From Octopus sinensis (taxonomy: Eukaryota): 64,000 bases of DNA. The translations under genes were made by a program, and so were the position numbers. The stretch covers positions 1 to 64,000 of the forward strand of contig NW_021836139.1 in NCBI RefSeq assembly GCF_006345805.1. Direction: 5' to 3'. Positions 38,500 through 51,616 of this stretch are shown here, in pieces (within the stretch, counting starts at the first letter, position 1; each line of letters begins with the position of its first letter). The notes below the pieces were generated by a model, which saw only the letters and a program-made list of their open reading frames with translations, did no database searches and had not been told where the DNA came from.

Positions 38500-38828
38500 C
38501 TTTGTAGGAGCACTCCGTTGGTTGCAACGACGAGGGTCCCAGCTGATAGATCAACGGAACAGCTTGCTCGTGAAATTAATGTGCAAGTGGCTGAGCACTC
38601 TACAGACACATGTACCCTTAACATAGTTCTTGGGGAGATTCAGCAAGACACAGAGTGTGACAAGGCTGACCCTTTGAAATACAGGTACTACTCATTTTTG
38701 CCAGATGAGTGGACTGGAGCAACATGAAATAAAGTGTCTTGCTCAAGGACCCAACGCGCCACTGGGAATTGAACTCACGACCTTACGATCATGAGCCGAA
38801 TGCCCCTAACCACTAAGCCACACGCCTG
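38500..38828 (-). mobile_element. tRNA-derived SINE, family F (shares its head and 5' segment with family D)
   Basis: Shares actcatttttgccag.tgagtggactggagcaa..tgaaat.aagtgt with family D, then has a distinct 3' domain. Confidence 0.75.
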
Positions 38829-39469
38829 TACTAACTGCATATAATGACAATTCACTGTACTCTGCTTTGTATATCATCTCTGTTTAAAATGAAGGGTGTA
38901 GAAATATGACTTAAAGAGTCATATAATTCCAAGTCAGCTGAGTCTCAATTTATAATGTTCATATAATAAAGAATATATGTTTCCTTTTCTTCAAGATGTT
39001 TAGATGCAATTTGAGGGTCTTTGGTTGCTATATCTAGCATGCTACGGAACCACAAGCAAACTACCACTGTAGAATAGCAGGAGCACTCTATAAGGAATGA
39101 GTGTTTTGCTAGACTGCGGCTAGATTTCAACTTTTAACATAATTGGAACTTTATTTATAGAGTGATAGATTTTGACAAGACATGGATATACTCTAAAGAA
39201 TAATGAAGAAATCAATGACTGCACAAGAATCCAATGTCAATAAATCACAATAAAAAAATAACATATATTTGAAATTTTAAGAACAATATTAAATAAATAT
39301 TATTTAGTGTCTGTGATTCAGTTGTACTCATATCAGGTGCAATGACTATACAGTTCTGACTATTTGCCAAATATTTCCATTAACGACAACAAATAATAAC
39401 TACATATGAGGAGACCTATTGAGTCAAGTACATCAACATTAAAATAAATATCAAATGGAAATTGTAGTT

Positions 39470-39657
39470 GTGATACCTGTGCCAGGGGGCATGTAAAAAG
39501 CACCCACTACACTCACGGAGTGGTTGGCGTTAGGAAGGGCATCCAGCTGTAGAAACACTGCCAGGTCAGACTGGCTTCCCAGATCCCGGTTGAACTGTCC
39601 AACCCATGCTAGCATGGGAAACGGACGTTAAACGATGATGATGATGATGATGATGAT
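39470..39657 (+). mobile_element. Family C retroposon 3' end with (GAT)n tail
   Basis: ttaggaagggcatccagc..acccatgctagcatgg..acggacgttaaacgatgatgat. Confidence 0.85.
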
Positions 39658-40019
39658 ATGCTGGGTTATATTTTATTATTGTGAAATAAATAAGTTAATG
39701 TATCTCTGTTAGTTTAAATGATGTGGATTTAATTGATTGATCAAACGAATTACCTGCTCATTGAATTTACATCTAAATGGCTAAGGCTTACTCAGACACA
39801 AGTATCACTAATATAACCTTGAGGCAGAATTAGAGTGACACTGTTTGACAAGGCTGGTTCTTTGAATTACAGTTAAAAGTCATTTGAGGAGAATTCCACA
39901 CACTCTCTAATGAGAAAATTCCACACAGTCTCAAATTTCACTCACAAGGCTACAACCAACCAGTATAATGGTAAAAGATGCTTTTCATGCTTCCAGAATC
40001 AATAAAATAAAAAAAAACA

Positions 40020-41000
40020 GACAAGTACTACGACCAACGTAATTGACTAGCAAAAATGCTTAAAATTTACCGAACAACAGTTTGGAAAATTGTCAAGAAA
40101 TTTTAACCTGATCGACCTTAAACGAGGCTGAAAAAGAAGTGTGTGGATCCCTCAGCTTATCAAAAGTACCAGAGAAAAGATACAGCAAAATCCTTGAGGT
40201 TTCACAGAAAACTGGCTGCCACAACAAAAATAAACCAAACATCGATGTATCGAGTGCTGAAAGAGGACCTCAGGATCCGCCCCTACAAGTTGATCCGCTG
40301 CTATGAGCTCACGCAAGTTTAATAGGTCATGAGACTGGAGAGAAGCCATCTTGTCCTGCGTCAGCTTACTGAAGACACACTGTCCAATCCAGTGTTCACT
40401 GATGAAAAGAATACTGGCATCAAACTGACAGTGAACCACCAGAATGACTGACTTGGATTGTATCTGGCTCCGTCGAGTGTAGTCTCGTAAATTGACATAA
40501 AAATCCACGGTCATTTATGATTTGGGCAGCTGTGACATCCACTAGAAGGTCGCCCCTCGTTTTTGTGCCCTTGGTTGTTAAAATTAACACCCACTGATAT
40601 AATCAGCGACATTCTGGTAGCTGAGCTGCTTCCATGGGCGAATGAGCACTTTCAAGGTACACCTTGGAGCCTCTAACAGGACTCAGCTCAATCTCACAGC
40701 TCTAAACAGACACAACATTAGATTCAGAAAAACATTCCATTGTTCATAAGCAAGGATAAATGGCCCTTAGGAAGCCCCGATCTCAACTCGATGAGCTGGC
40801 AGAAACGTTAGCACGCCGGGCGAAATGCTTAGCGCTATTTTGTCCGTCTTTACATTCTGAGTTCAAATTCCGCCGAGGTCGACTTTGCCTTTCATCCTTT
40901 CGGGGCCCTTCCTCCCAAAATTTCGAGTCTCAAGCAGAAAATAATATTTAGCTTTGGCAAAATTGAAAAAAGTTGGTTGCCTTAATTTTGGGACACCCTG
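40020..41000 (+). mobile_element. Degraded Tc1/mariner transposase, DD37D (maT)-like, interrupted by a family A SINE fragment
   Basis: Reads LAKMLKIYRTTVWKIVKKF (HTH), VLKEDLRIRPYK, VFTDEK, FMIWAAV and QDSAQSH..WPLGSPDLN. The distance from QD to SPD fits DD37D, though the last Asp is missing. SINE at about 40790-40905; TIR-like end ttttgggacaccctg|TA. Confidence 0.8.
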
Positions 41001-41414
41001 TATATGGTTGTTGCATAAAACAAGTTCTCATGAATTTAAAATTACCTGGTCTATTGTAGATAATGCACAGCCTTACAGGAATGGGAGCTACAAATCAAAG
41101 ATACAGTGTATTCTTTGTCTGAGCAAAACATAAACTGATAATTTTTACAGAAGGTACAAATACTTTAAACAATAAGCAATGAGCTGTTAACGTCTTGTAT
41201 GCATTTGGCTAAGAATTTTTTTATGAAAATAGAAGCCTTCTTGGATTTTGTTCTATTTCAGAAAAAAAACGTTAGTTTTCAAAATATTAATAGGTTTTAT
41301 TGATATATGCTTTAATATATGTGGATGCATGTCTATATGTGAGTATTTGTATATAAGCATATATATATATATATGTATATATGTATATATATATGTATGT
41401 ATATATTTACTCTA

Positions 41415-41790
41415 CTCTTTTACTCCTTTTCTTGTTTCAGTCATTTGACTGCAGCCATGCTGGAGCACCGCCTTTAATCAAGAAACTCGACCCCAGGACT
41501 TATTCTTTTGTAAGCTTATTCTATCGGTCTCTTTTGCCAAACCACTAAGTAATGGGGACATAAACACACCAGCATCGGTTGTCAAGCAATGCTAGGGGAC
41601 AAACACACACACGCATATATATATATATACATATATACGACGGGCTTCTTTCAGTTTCCATTTACCAAATCCACTCACAAGGCTTTGATCAGCCCGAGGC
41701 TATAGTAGAAGGTGCCACGCAGTGGGAATGAACCCGGAACCATGTGGTTGATAGACAAGCTACTTACCACACAGCCACTCCTGCGCCTTG
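41415..41790 (-). mobile_element. Family B SINE
   Basis: Antisense family B copy, head at about 41790. Confidence 0.88.
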
Positions 41791-42330
41791 TGTACATGAA
41801 TATATAATTCTATGTATATATGTGTTTCAGTATGTATGTGTCTGCACAAGCAAATGCAAAATGAACTCCCACATACACACTCATTGATTTTAAAAACATT
41901 AATTAAAAGTATTGTTTAAAAGCATCATTTTGGAATGTTGCTTAAACAGAAATGCAATTTCATGACTTTGTGTGTAACATTTATAATAATATTACCTTGA
42001 GAACCAGAAATGAAATTTAAAAAAAGCATGAGCTTAAAACAGCCATTTACTCATGTGTCGTTCACAAAGTTTTTTTAAACTAAAGAAAATAAGGATAAAC
42101 ATTTCTTTCATACTTTCATTTCCTGTTTCAAAAAATATTCAAACAATGAATATTCAAAAGAAAACCAGGCTCGCATTTCCAGCTGATAATTTGCAAACGA
42201 GTTACTCTGAGTACCGGAAATCAGAGCCTTTCATTTATAATGTATTATACACACACACACATGTATGTATATACATAAACACACACACACATATATATAT
42301 ATGTATATATATATATATGTATACATACAC

Positions 42331-42422
42331 ATGTATATATAATATGATGTATTTTTATATTAATATGTATATATATATATATATACATATTAATATAAAA
42401 ATACATCATATTATATATACAT
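42331..42422. repeat. Perfect 92-bp AT-rich palindrome
   Basis: Checked base by base about the centre at 42376/42377. The same peptide appears in the + and - ORFs of the track. Confidence 0.95.
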
Positions 42423-42889
42423 ATGTATGTATGTATACACATACCTACATAAGCATTAGGTTAAAGTTTGGAAACAGTTGTTGAATAATCAACTAATGAG
42501 GTAATATAATTTACCTCTAAGTTGAATGATTATAATTATAGCAAAACTTTACATGGCCAAAATTGGATTAGCACTATTTTCATTCAGGAAAAGGTGTTTA
42601 AATAAGATTAAATAAGTACAATGAACTTCTATTTAATTTAATGAGGACATTTCAGCTTGTTTTGTCTTGTTATTGATGCTTGATATTGTTCAATAATTGC
42701 TATTTCGTGTTTCCCACTGAGCTCAGAAAAGCAGCATGTATACTTTTTTTTTTTTTTAATATATTTACTGTTCAGAATAATGAACTAAAATTACTGGGAC
42801 ATAATTTTATATGCACAAAGCTGCAGAAACTGAACATTTTTTTATTTTTTTAAGAGATGGAAAATTTCATACTATTGTGTTGTTTATAC

Positions 42890-43050
42890 TTTCCCCATAA
42901 GCCTTATTGTTGTGGCAGCCCTAATAAAGCCTATAAAAACTGGTTTTCTGGCCATGGCCATATCATTTTTATTCAAACACAATGTGTCTAGGTCTATATA
43001 ATCTAATATGTCTTTCTTCTTTTGAGATGGTTGGATGTGATTGAGAAAGG
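42890..43050 (-). CDS. Candidate exon (A)FLNHIQPSQKKKDILDYIDLDTLCLNKNDMAMARKPVFIGFIRAATTIRLMGK
   Basis: Inside ORF 42884-43153; ctaac branch-like motif plus acceptor aaattaacag; donor gtataa; 161 nt, phase 1 to 0; unique, protein-like sequence. Confidence 0.5.
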
Positions 43051-43159
43051 CTGTTAATTTAACCAGGCTGTTAGTTCTTGCATATACCATGAAAATAAAC
43101 GGACTAAAATGTTCATATAAACCACTAAGTGTACCTTGCAATTTTAAAATCAATTAACA

Positions 43160-43632
43160 GGAGTGGTTGTGTGGTAAGTAGCTTGCTAACCAAGCACATG
43201 GTTCTGGGTTCAGTCTCACTGCGTGGCATCTTGGGCAAGTGTCTTCTGCTATAGCCCCAGGCCGACCAAAGCCTTGTGAGTGGATTTGGTAGACGAAAAC
43301 TGAAAGAAGCCCATCATCATCATCATCATCATCATCATCGTTTAACGTCCGTTTTCCGCGCTAGCATGGGTTGGACGGTTCGACCGGGGTCTATATATAT
43401 ATATGTATGTGTGTGTGTTTGTGTGTCTGTGTTTGTCCCCCTAGCATTGCTTGACAACTGATGCTTGTGTGTTTACGTCCCCGTCACTTAGCGGTTCGGC
43501 AAAAGAGACCGATAGAATAAGTACTGGGCTTACAAAAAGAATAAGTCCCGGGGTCGAGTTGCTTGACTAAAGGCGGTGCTCCAGCATGGCCGCAGTCAAA
43601 TGACAGAAACAAGTAAAAGAGTAAAAGGGTAA
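43160..43632 (+). mobile_element. Family B SINE containing a nested antisense family C 3' fragment (43312-43392), flanked by 58-bp direct repeats
   Basis: Family B collinearity is broken by (cat)n..gtttaacgtccg..ggacggttcgaccggggtc. Flanks 43102-43159 and 43634-43691. Confidence 0.85.
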
Positions 43633-43734
43633 AGACTAAAATGTTCATACAAACCACTAGGTGCACTTTGCAATTTTAAAATCAATTAACACCAACATTT
43701 TCAAAAAAATACTTAAAATATTTTCAATATTGCA

Positions 43735-44165
43735 CAGATGTGGCTATGTAGTATGAAGCTTGCTTCCCAGTCACCTGATTCTGGGTTTAGTTCCACTGCA
43801 TGGCACCTTTATAGCCTCGGGCTGACCAAAGCCCTGTGAGTAGATTTGGTGGACGGAAACTAGAAGAAGCCCATCGTATATATGTATATGTTATATAACT
43901 GTGTATGTGTGTCTTTGTGTCTGCGTTTGTCCCCACCACTACCACCACCACCACCACCACTACCACTTTACAACCGATGTTGGTGTGTTTACATCCCCAT
44001 AGCATTAACAGTTTGACAAAAAAAAGAGACTGATGGAATAAGCACCAAGCTTTAAAAAAATAAATCCTAGAGTTGATTCATTTAACTAAAACCCTTCAAG
44101 GTGGTGCCCCAGCAAGGCCGCTGTCAGATGACTGAAACAAGTAAAAAAATAAAAGATAAAAAACG
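43735..44165 (+). mobile_element. Family B SINE (older, diverged)
   Basis: Collinear with family B. Confidence 0.8.
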
Positions 44166-44546
44166 ATAGAATATATGTTTTTTTTGCAACTTAGTTTCAG
44201 TCATTCAGTATCTGCTAAACTAGCACTGCACCTATATGAGCTTTTAAGAAACCCCCATACTTACTTTATTGAATAGCAGAGTTACATTATCCTTTAAAAA
44301 GACATAACTCAATGCATTGTTTTAAACACAATATACACATTGATAAAGACTATAACTGCTTATATACAGTATACGTACTTATACACAATAACCATACTTA
44401 TACAATGGACTTCTACATACCAACTTCCCTTTCAAAGCATTAGTGAACTTGAGGTGACAGTAGAACTGGTGCAAGGCACTGTGAACGTAATGGCAATACT
44501 TTGCTTGTTCCAAAATACGCATCTTGAAAATTGGAAAACTTACAAG

Positions 44547-44658
44547 TGTCTTCTTCTTCTCCTCCTCCTCCTCCTTCTTCTTCTTCTTCTTCTTCTTCTT
44601 CTTCTTCTTCTTCTTCTTCTTCTTCTTCTCTTCTTCTTCTTCTCTTCTTCTTCTTCTT

Positions 44659-44712
<54 letters not shown>

Positions 44713-44713
44713 G
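44547..44713. repeat. (CTT)n followed by (ATT)n microsatellite
   Basis: Direct inspection. Confidence 0.95.
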
Positions 44714-45484
44714 TTAAGACAGCAAACTGAACAAAATCATTAGGGTATAGCAAAAGTGCCTGGTGGTATTACTTCCAACACTTTATATTATTAGACTCAA
44801 ATTCCACTGAGATCAACTTTATCTCTCTTTCCCCCCTTGGTGTTAATGATATAAAGTATGTGGGTCAATATTATCAACTAAACCCCCCACCTCCTAAAAT
44901 TCCTTGCTTTGTGCCAAAATTTGTAACAAATATCATAATTATTACTATTTTATCTCATTAACTCATTCACATTTTCTCAGTCAGGACTTATATTCCAAAT
45001 ATCAGCTCCTGCTTGTGTTGTGGTGGTGGTGTTGGGGTGGTGGGCAGATGATCATGAGGGTGGGCCCTAAGGTTATTGAAGTCCTAGATAAACAGAATTT
45101 TTATGCCTCAGCAAGTAAATTTTTTCAGAATTTCTGTTAGATGGAAAAAATGCAAATGAGGAAATAAACCGTTTATTTTAATTATAAGCAAATGTGACCT
45201 GTTCAAAGAAAGGGTCAATGCTTTACACCTTTATATAAAGGTTTTAAAAAAATAGGCAAATAAGCCTGACACAGGGCTATGGACTCATTAGACAGAAGCT
45301 TATCTCAGTTCTCATAAGACATGAGAAACCAAGGCTGTGCAATACACCCTCCCTCCCCCTCTCTCTCTTTGGGAATGGGTTGCCAGTGTATCACACGGTT
45401 AGCTTCTGCTGATAACCATTTTTCAGTTAAGTGGATAGGAACAGCAGGAAGTGGAGTGTCTTACTCAAGAACTCAACCTACTTT

Positions 45485-45900
45485 CTTATTTCTTTTACTG
45501 CCCACAAGGGGCTACACACAGAGGGGACAAACAAGGACAGACAAATGGATTAAGTCGATTACATCGACCCCAGTGCATAACTGGTACTTATTTAATTGAC
45601 CCTGAAAGAATGAAAGGCAAAGTCGATCTCGGCGGAATCTGAACTCCGAACGTAGTGGCAGACACAATACCTATTTCTTTACTACACACAAGGGGCTAAA
45701 CACAGAGGGCACAAACAAGGACAGACATAGGTATTAAGTCGATTACATCGAACCCAGTGTGTAACTGGTACTTATTTAATCGGCCCTGAAAGAATGAAAG
45801 GCAAAGTCGATCTCGGCGGAATTTGACCTCAGAACGTAGCAGCAGACAAAATACCGCTAGGCGCTTTGCCCAGCATGCTAACATTTCTGCCTGCTTACCA
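45485..45900 (-). mobile_element. Family A SINE tandem dimer
   Basis: Two antisense bodies joined at about 45665-45680. Confidence 0.88.
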
Positions 45901-47651
45901 CATTTACTTTCTGCTCAATCTACATTCTGCATGATGTCATTTGCTGCTTAATATCAGGTCATTTAAGAGAAGAATCTTCTTCTGGAGAGCTATTTCCACA
46001 GCGAAAGGTCTTCACACATCCAAGTGCATTCAGACATGTTAAACATGGCATAATACGAATATATTTTATTCAACAGTGCTTCTGACAACTTTGTGTGTGT
46101 GTGTGTGTGTTGTGTGTGTGTGTGTGCGTGCGCGCGCGCGCGTGTGTGTGTGTGTGTACGTGTGTGTACTCAATATCTTCCAAACACCTTGTATTTAAAA
46201 GATTCTAAATACATGATAAAGCACCCTTAGCAAGATTTCATCCCAGTTGACTACTCAGGTTGTCACTAGCTTTAGTCAGCCTTGAATCTTTGTAAAATAT
46301 GTTTTATGTTGTGTACATCTTTAGGCTTCACACACATTCTGGCGATAATGACAAGATTGATAAAGATAATTAGAGACTCTGCTCTAAGGTTTAGTACTGC
46401 TGCACCTTCTCTTTGCCTTTTAATCCAGACTGATTAACAGAGGATCTGGAATTAGGCTGCAGTGTGATGTAACACTTGTTAATTATACAGATCTCTTGAT
46501 GTTTGAAACAAATTAGTTGTCTGTTGCTGAATAAATCAAATTATTTGAGAGTTATGTGCACTAACCATGTAACCATGGACATTGTGCTACTGACAAAATT
46601 ACAGTTATTTCTTGCGCAGGTCATCTAACTTGTTACTGACTTGTCTATGCTTAGTTCTCTTAAGTGTAAATGTATGTTAAACCATAAAAAGAGAAGTACG
46701 TAAGTAAAAAAAGAGAAATTTAAAAGGTTATTGCATAGCAGCAGAAAGACAAATATTATGCATGTAGAATTGTCAATAAAACTAAGGCTACATTTCTTAC
46801 CAGTATCACAAGAAAAGTGAGCAAAAGAAGACAGATTCGTAATAAATAGAGAGAGATAAAAAGACAGAGAGGAGTGGGTGGAAGAGGGGGGAGTGAAAGT
46901 GAAAGTAAGTGAAAATGTGTAAGAGTTAGAGAGAGAGAGAGAGGAAGTTAGAGACTGTGCAATGGAAATAGGAAGATAGAAACAATATCAAAAAGCGAAG
47001 AAAGATATTTACATAGATTGATAGCTAGTTAGAGAGATATTGATGTATTGATATGTATATTTGCATATGTGTGTGTGTGTGTGTGTTTATGTGTGTTTAT
47101 ATGTATGCCTGCAATAATCATTATAAAATTCATTGACTTACTTGACGATGATAACTCAACTTGCTTTTTCCATTAAGTATCTATGAAAGGAAATTTTTTT
47201 TTCTCTTAGCTATGTTAAGTTTCATACTTGCAGTAAAATTTTGATAACAAATAGAGGTCAAAGAAAATAATCTAAAATACTTTGTCTTCTTCAAGATACT
47301 TTCCTTTCTCATTTTTTCCCCCCTGTTATAATGTTTATAAAGCAAAAAAAAATATAAATAAACAAAACTATATTCTAATGGCATTCATTTCATTTATATT
47401 TCCCTTTATTAAGTTATTTTTTAAAACCTATTTGGTATGTGAATATTCGACATTTGCAATGAGATATTTCAATAAAACAATATTTTAATGCATTTTCTTT
47501 TAGAGATAAAAATATGTTCATAGATTAATTTGTTAGAGTAAGCTGATAAATTTCTTGTTGTTTAATACATACATGTGAATAAGATTTGTTGCTTTTGTTT
47601 CTTTTTCTATATTCTTAATGTTATTATTGCTGTTCATTTTCTTTTTCTAAG

Positions 47652-47746
47652 ATTTTATTGCTATTTTATTTGGTATTATTCCTGGTGTCAATGTTTTTCT
47701 TGTTGGTAGTGCAGATTTTTGTCAGCGATATTCAAAGATTTATTTG
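47652..47746 (+). CDS. Candidate hydrophobic exon (D)FIAILFGIIPGVNVFLVGSADFCQRYSKIYL
   Basis: Acceptor ttcattttctttttctaag, donor ttg|gtaatg, 95 nt, phase 1 to 0. Confidence 0.4.
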
Positions 47747-47804
47747 GTAATGCTATAAAAAGAAATTTATACAAGTATGTAACTACATACATATAACACA
47801 CATA

Positions 47805-48390
<586 letters not shown>

Positions 48391-48899
48391 ATAGGTAAAG
48401 CTATAACAGTGGGAATGTCAGAAAGACCAGCATCAGCAAATAGTGTAAATTACATGAAGATATTAAAAAGAGATTTTGTAATAAAATCTATGTAAATACT
48501 TGCATTATACTTATTTTATTAGCTGAAACATCTAATCAATTATTATCATTGTATTTATTTTTAGAATAGTATCTGGCTACAACTATATCTACTTGTATGT
48601 ATATTTCTATGCTTATATTTATATCTCTACATGTGTGGTTGTACAATATATATATCTATATACATCATGCATATTATGCTGATATAAAGATGTATTTTTA
48701 TGAACACACAGAAACACACACACACAGAAACACACACACACAGAAACACATTCACATGCGCACACACACAAACACAGACACATTCACATACATGCACACA
48801 TGTATATATGTAGGTATAGTGCACAAGTGTAAGTGTACCTTTCATGAAACTCAAAGCATAAAGGTATAAATATGCCCTTCCATGTAACCTTTATACCTA

Positions 48900-49310
48900 T
48901 GAGTATGTATGTGTGTATATATGTCTGTACGTATGCATGTATGTATGTATGTATGCATGTATGTATGTATGTATGTATGTATGTATGTATGTATGTATGT
49001 ATGTATGTATGTATGTATGTATGTATGTATGTATGTATGTATGTATGTATGTATGTATGTATGTATGTATGTATGTATGCATGTATGTATGTATGCATGT
49101 ATGTATGTACGTACGTATGTATGCATGCATGTATGTATGTATGTATGTATGTATGTATGTATGCATGTATGTATGTATGTATGTATGTATGCATGTATGT
49201 ATGTATGCATGTATGTACGTACGTATGTATGCATGTATGTATGTACGTATGCATGTATGTATGCATGTATGTATGTACGTAGGTACGTATGTATTTATGT
49301 ATGTAGATAA
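48900..49310. repeat. (TATG)n microsatellite
   Basis: Direct inspection. Confidence 0.96.
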
Positions 49311-51469
49311 GTAGATGTACATTCATTTATGTACTTCAGATATTTTATCTGATGTGTGTGTGTGCATCAATTCAATCATTAATATGATAGACAATATAGC
49401 AATAAGAATTATGAAAATAAACTTGAATGTATTGTCTTCTAACCTAAGGTTTCTAGTTCAACTACATATAGATATTTTATATTCATTATTCATTGAATTT
49501 TTAAATGAAATGTTATCTAACTATGTAAATAATTAAATTCATACCTTTTTGCATTATGTGAGACTGTATATTATGAAAGGTTATCTTAAAAGTAAAGAAT
49601 ATTAATATACACAAACATATAGGAAGGGTGGAATGTGTTTGTATGTGTCTTTAATTAAAATTACATGCATTTATCTTTATGCATTACAGTGTAGAATTAT
49701 GTGTGAATGTATAAGTATACATGTGCATGCATGTGTGTTTTTCTAACAACATTAGAACTGGGTTTTCAAGATTTGCTTACTTTGAATTTCACTTTCTCAC
49801 TTTTCAAGACATTACTTCACCTTTAACTGAATACATCATTAATTCTAACATTTGAAATAAATAAATAGGTAAATAAATGTGTATGACAGTTGATTAAGGG
49901 GTTAGTTTTAAGGATGTAACGATAGTTAAAATACCTATAATAGAAAAGAAATATGTAATGAAACTGGGTTTTATAAAAAGTAAACGTTTAACAGAGTACA
50001 TGTTGGCAAGGAAATCAAAGAAATGGAATAAAATGTGAGATAAATAATTTTGGAGAAACTTCCATGGGTTGATTATACTATAAGCACACATGCTGATTTT
50101 CAAAGATATTCACCAATAATTTTGGAATTTCTCACAAGCTCTTCCTTCCTTTTGGAAACTTAATTATTGTGATATCAAGGGCTCCATATATATCTTCTTT
50201 GGTATATATATTTGAAAATATGTTCTCCAGAATTTACCCATAAATTTGTTGGGTTCATTTGTACTGTTGTATCTATTCTTCTTTATCTTTGACTTCAAAT
50301 CAAACTTAATAACTTGTTTCTGTTCACTATTTGATATGTGCACTGTTGCCCTGAATCACCAAACTATATAATATCTCAACTCTCATTTCACATTTCTCAA
50401 TTTTATATTTTTTCCATTATCTTTTTTGAGATTTACTTGATTTTAATGTGCACTTCTTCACCTTCAAATTTATTCCTTTCATCTTTTCCTCTTTTTATCA
50501 CTTCTTATTAATTTTCTTATTTCCTTCTAGCAGACTTATTAAAGTAACAGACATAATACTTTGTGGTATTTGTTCTAACTCTCTAATTCTTTCATTCTTT
50601 CAGCATTAATAAAGTATACCACCAGTTAGGCATTGGCATTTATATAATCAATTATTTTCTCCTCCTCCTTGCTAAAACTGTGAGACTCTCTGCCAATGTA
50701 ATATATCATTAATTTAATTTCCAATTTTTTTTTTTTTTTTTTTTACTTGTTTCAGACCTTTCCCTTTGAACTCAGATTATTTGTTTCTGATTTTCACAAA
50801 TATATTTATTTATTAAACAAACCTCTTTTACTATAATCATCTGCATACCCTGCCCCTATTCCATTACCACTTCATACATTTAATACCCCATTGATACGTT
50901 TTATACTTTTCAACATCCGTCTTCCTATGCTTCCATTGCTCTTTCTCGGTAGCCCTTAATTTAAAATAACTTCACCCACCTAATACCTACTTGACTATAA
51001 CTTGACTCCACTCTGTTTAAAGTTTTCCTGTCTTTAACTAATCAACTATTTCTCCTCTCCCTCTAATCTATTGCTAAACATTCCCTTTCTCCCTCTTTCT
51101 ACCAGAATTTTATATATATTTTGTATATATTTCTTAATAGATTCAATATTGCGATATCTGTTACATTTAAACACCATCGTCCTTCTATTTTGTCTAATTC
51201 CTTTCTTTCTATTTTTTACTTTATTACCACTAATCCTCTTCCACTGTTTCTACAATCTCACTTTTTTCCCATGGTTTCTTTCTTTTTTTATTCTCCTCTT
51301 TCTTTCTTTCGTCCTACACGTCTAATTCTTTATATTTATTTTTTCAGTATCTATTCTTTCATCTCACTTCTTTTTCTTCATTTCTTTCTTATCTCTATCT
51401 CTCACACTTTTCAGTCTTCTACTGATCTCCACGTTACTAACTTTCTTCTTTTTACTTTTCCCTCTGCAG

Positions 51470-51616
51470 CACGTGTACACATCGATTCGTACACCGGGCG
51501 TTTTCGGTTTCAATCAGAGAAATCATTTTAATCAACGACCGGAATTTCAACAGAACACTTTCAACAGAAATAATGTGGCCAATAAAATTATATGCAAACA
51601 TGTTCTGGATTTTTGA
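51470..51616 (+). other. Exon-like segment after a very strong splice acceptor; coding frame and strand unresolved
   Basis: ctaac plus ttcttctttttacttttccctctgcag acceptor. The phase-0 frame is open for 48 codons to TGA at 51614-51616, the phase-2 frame is open for about 76 codons, and the minus-strand ORF 51452-51643 also ends at a donor-like gtaaaa. Confidence 0.35.
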
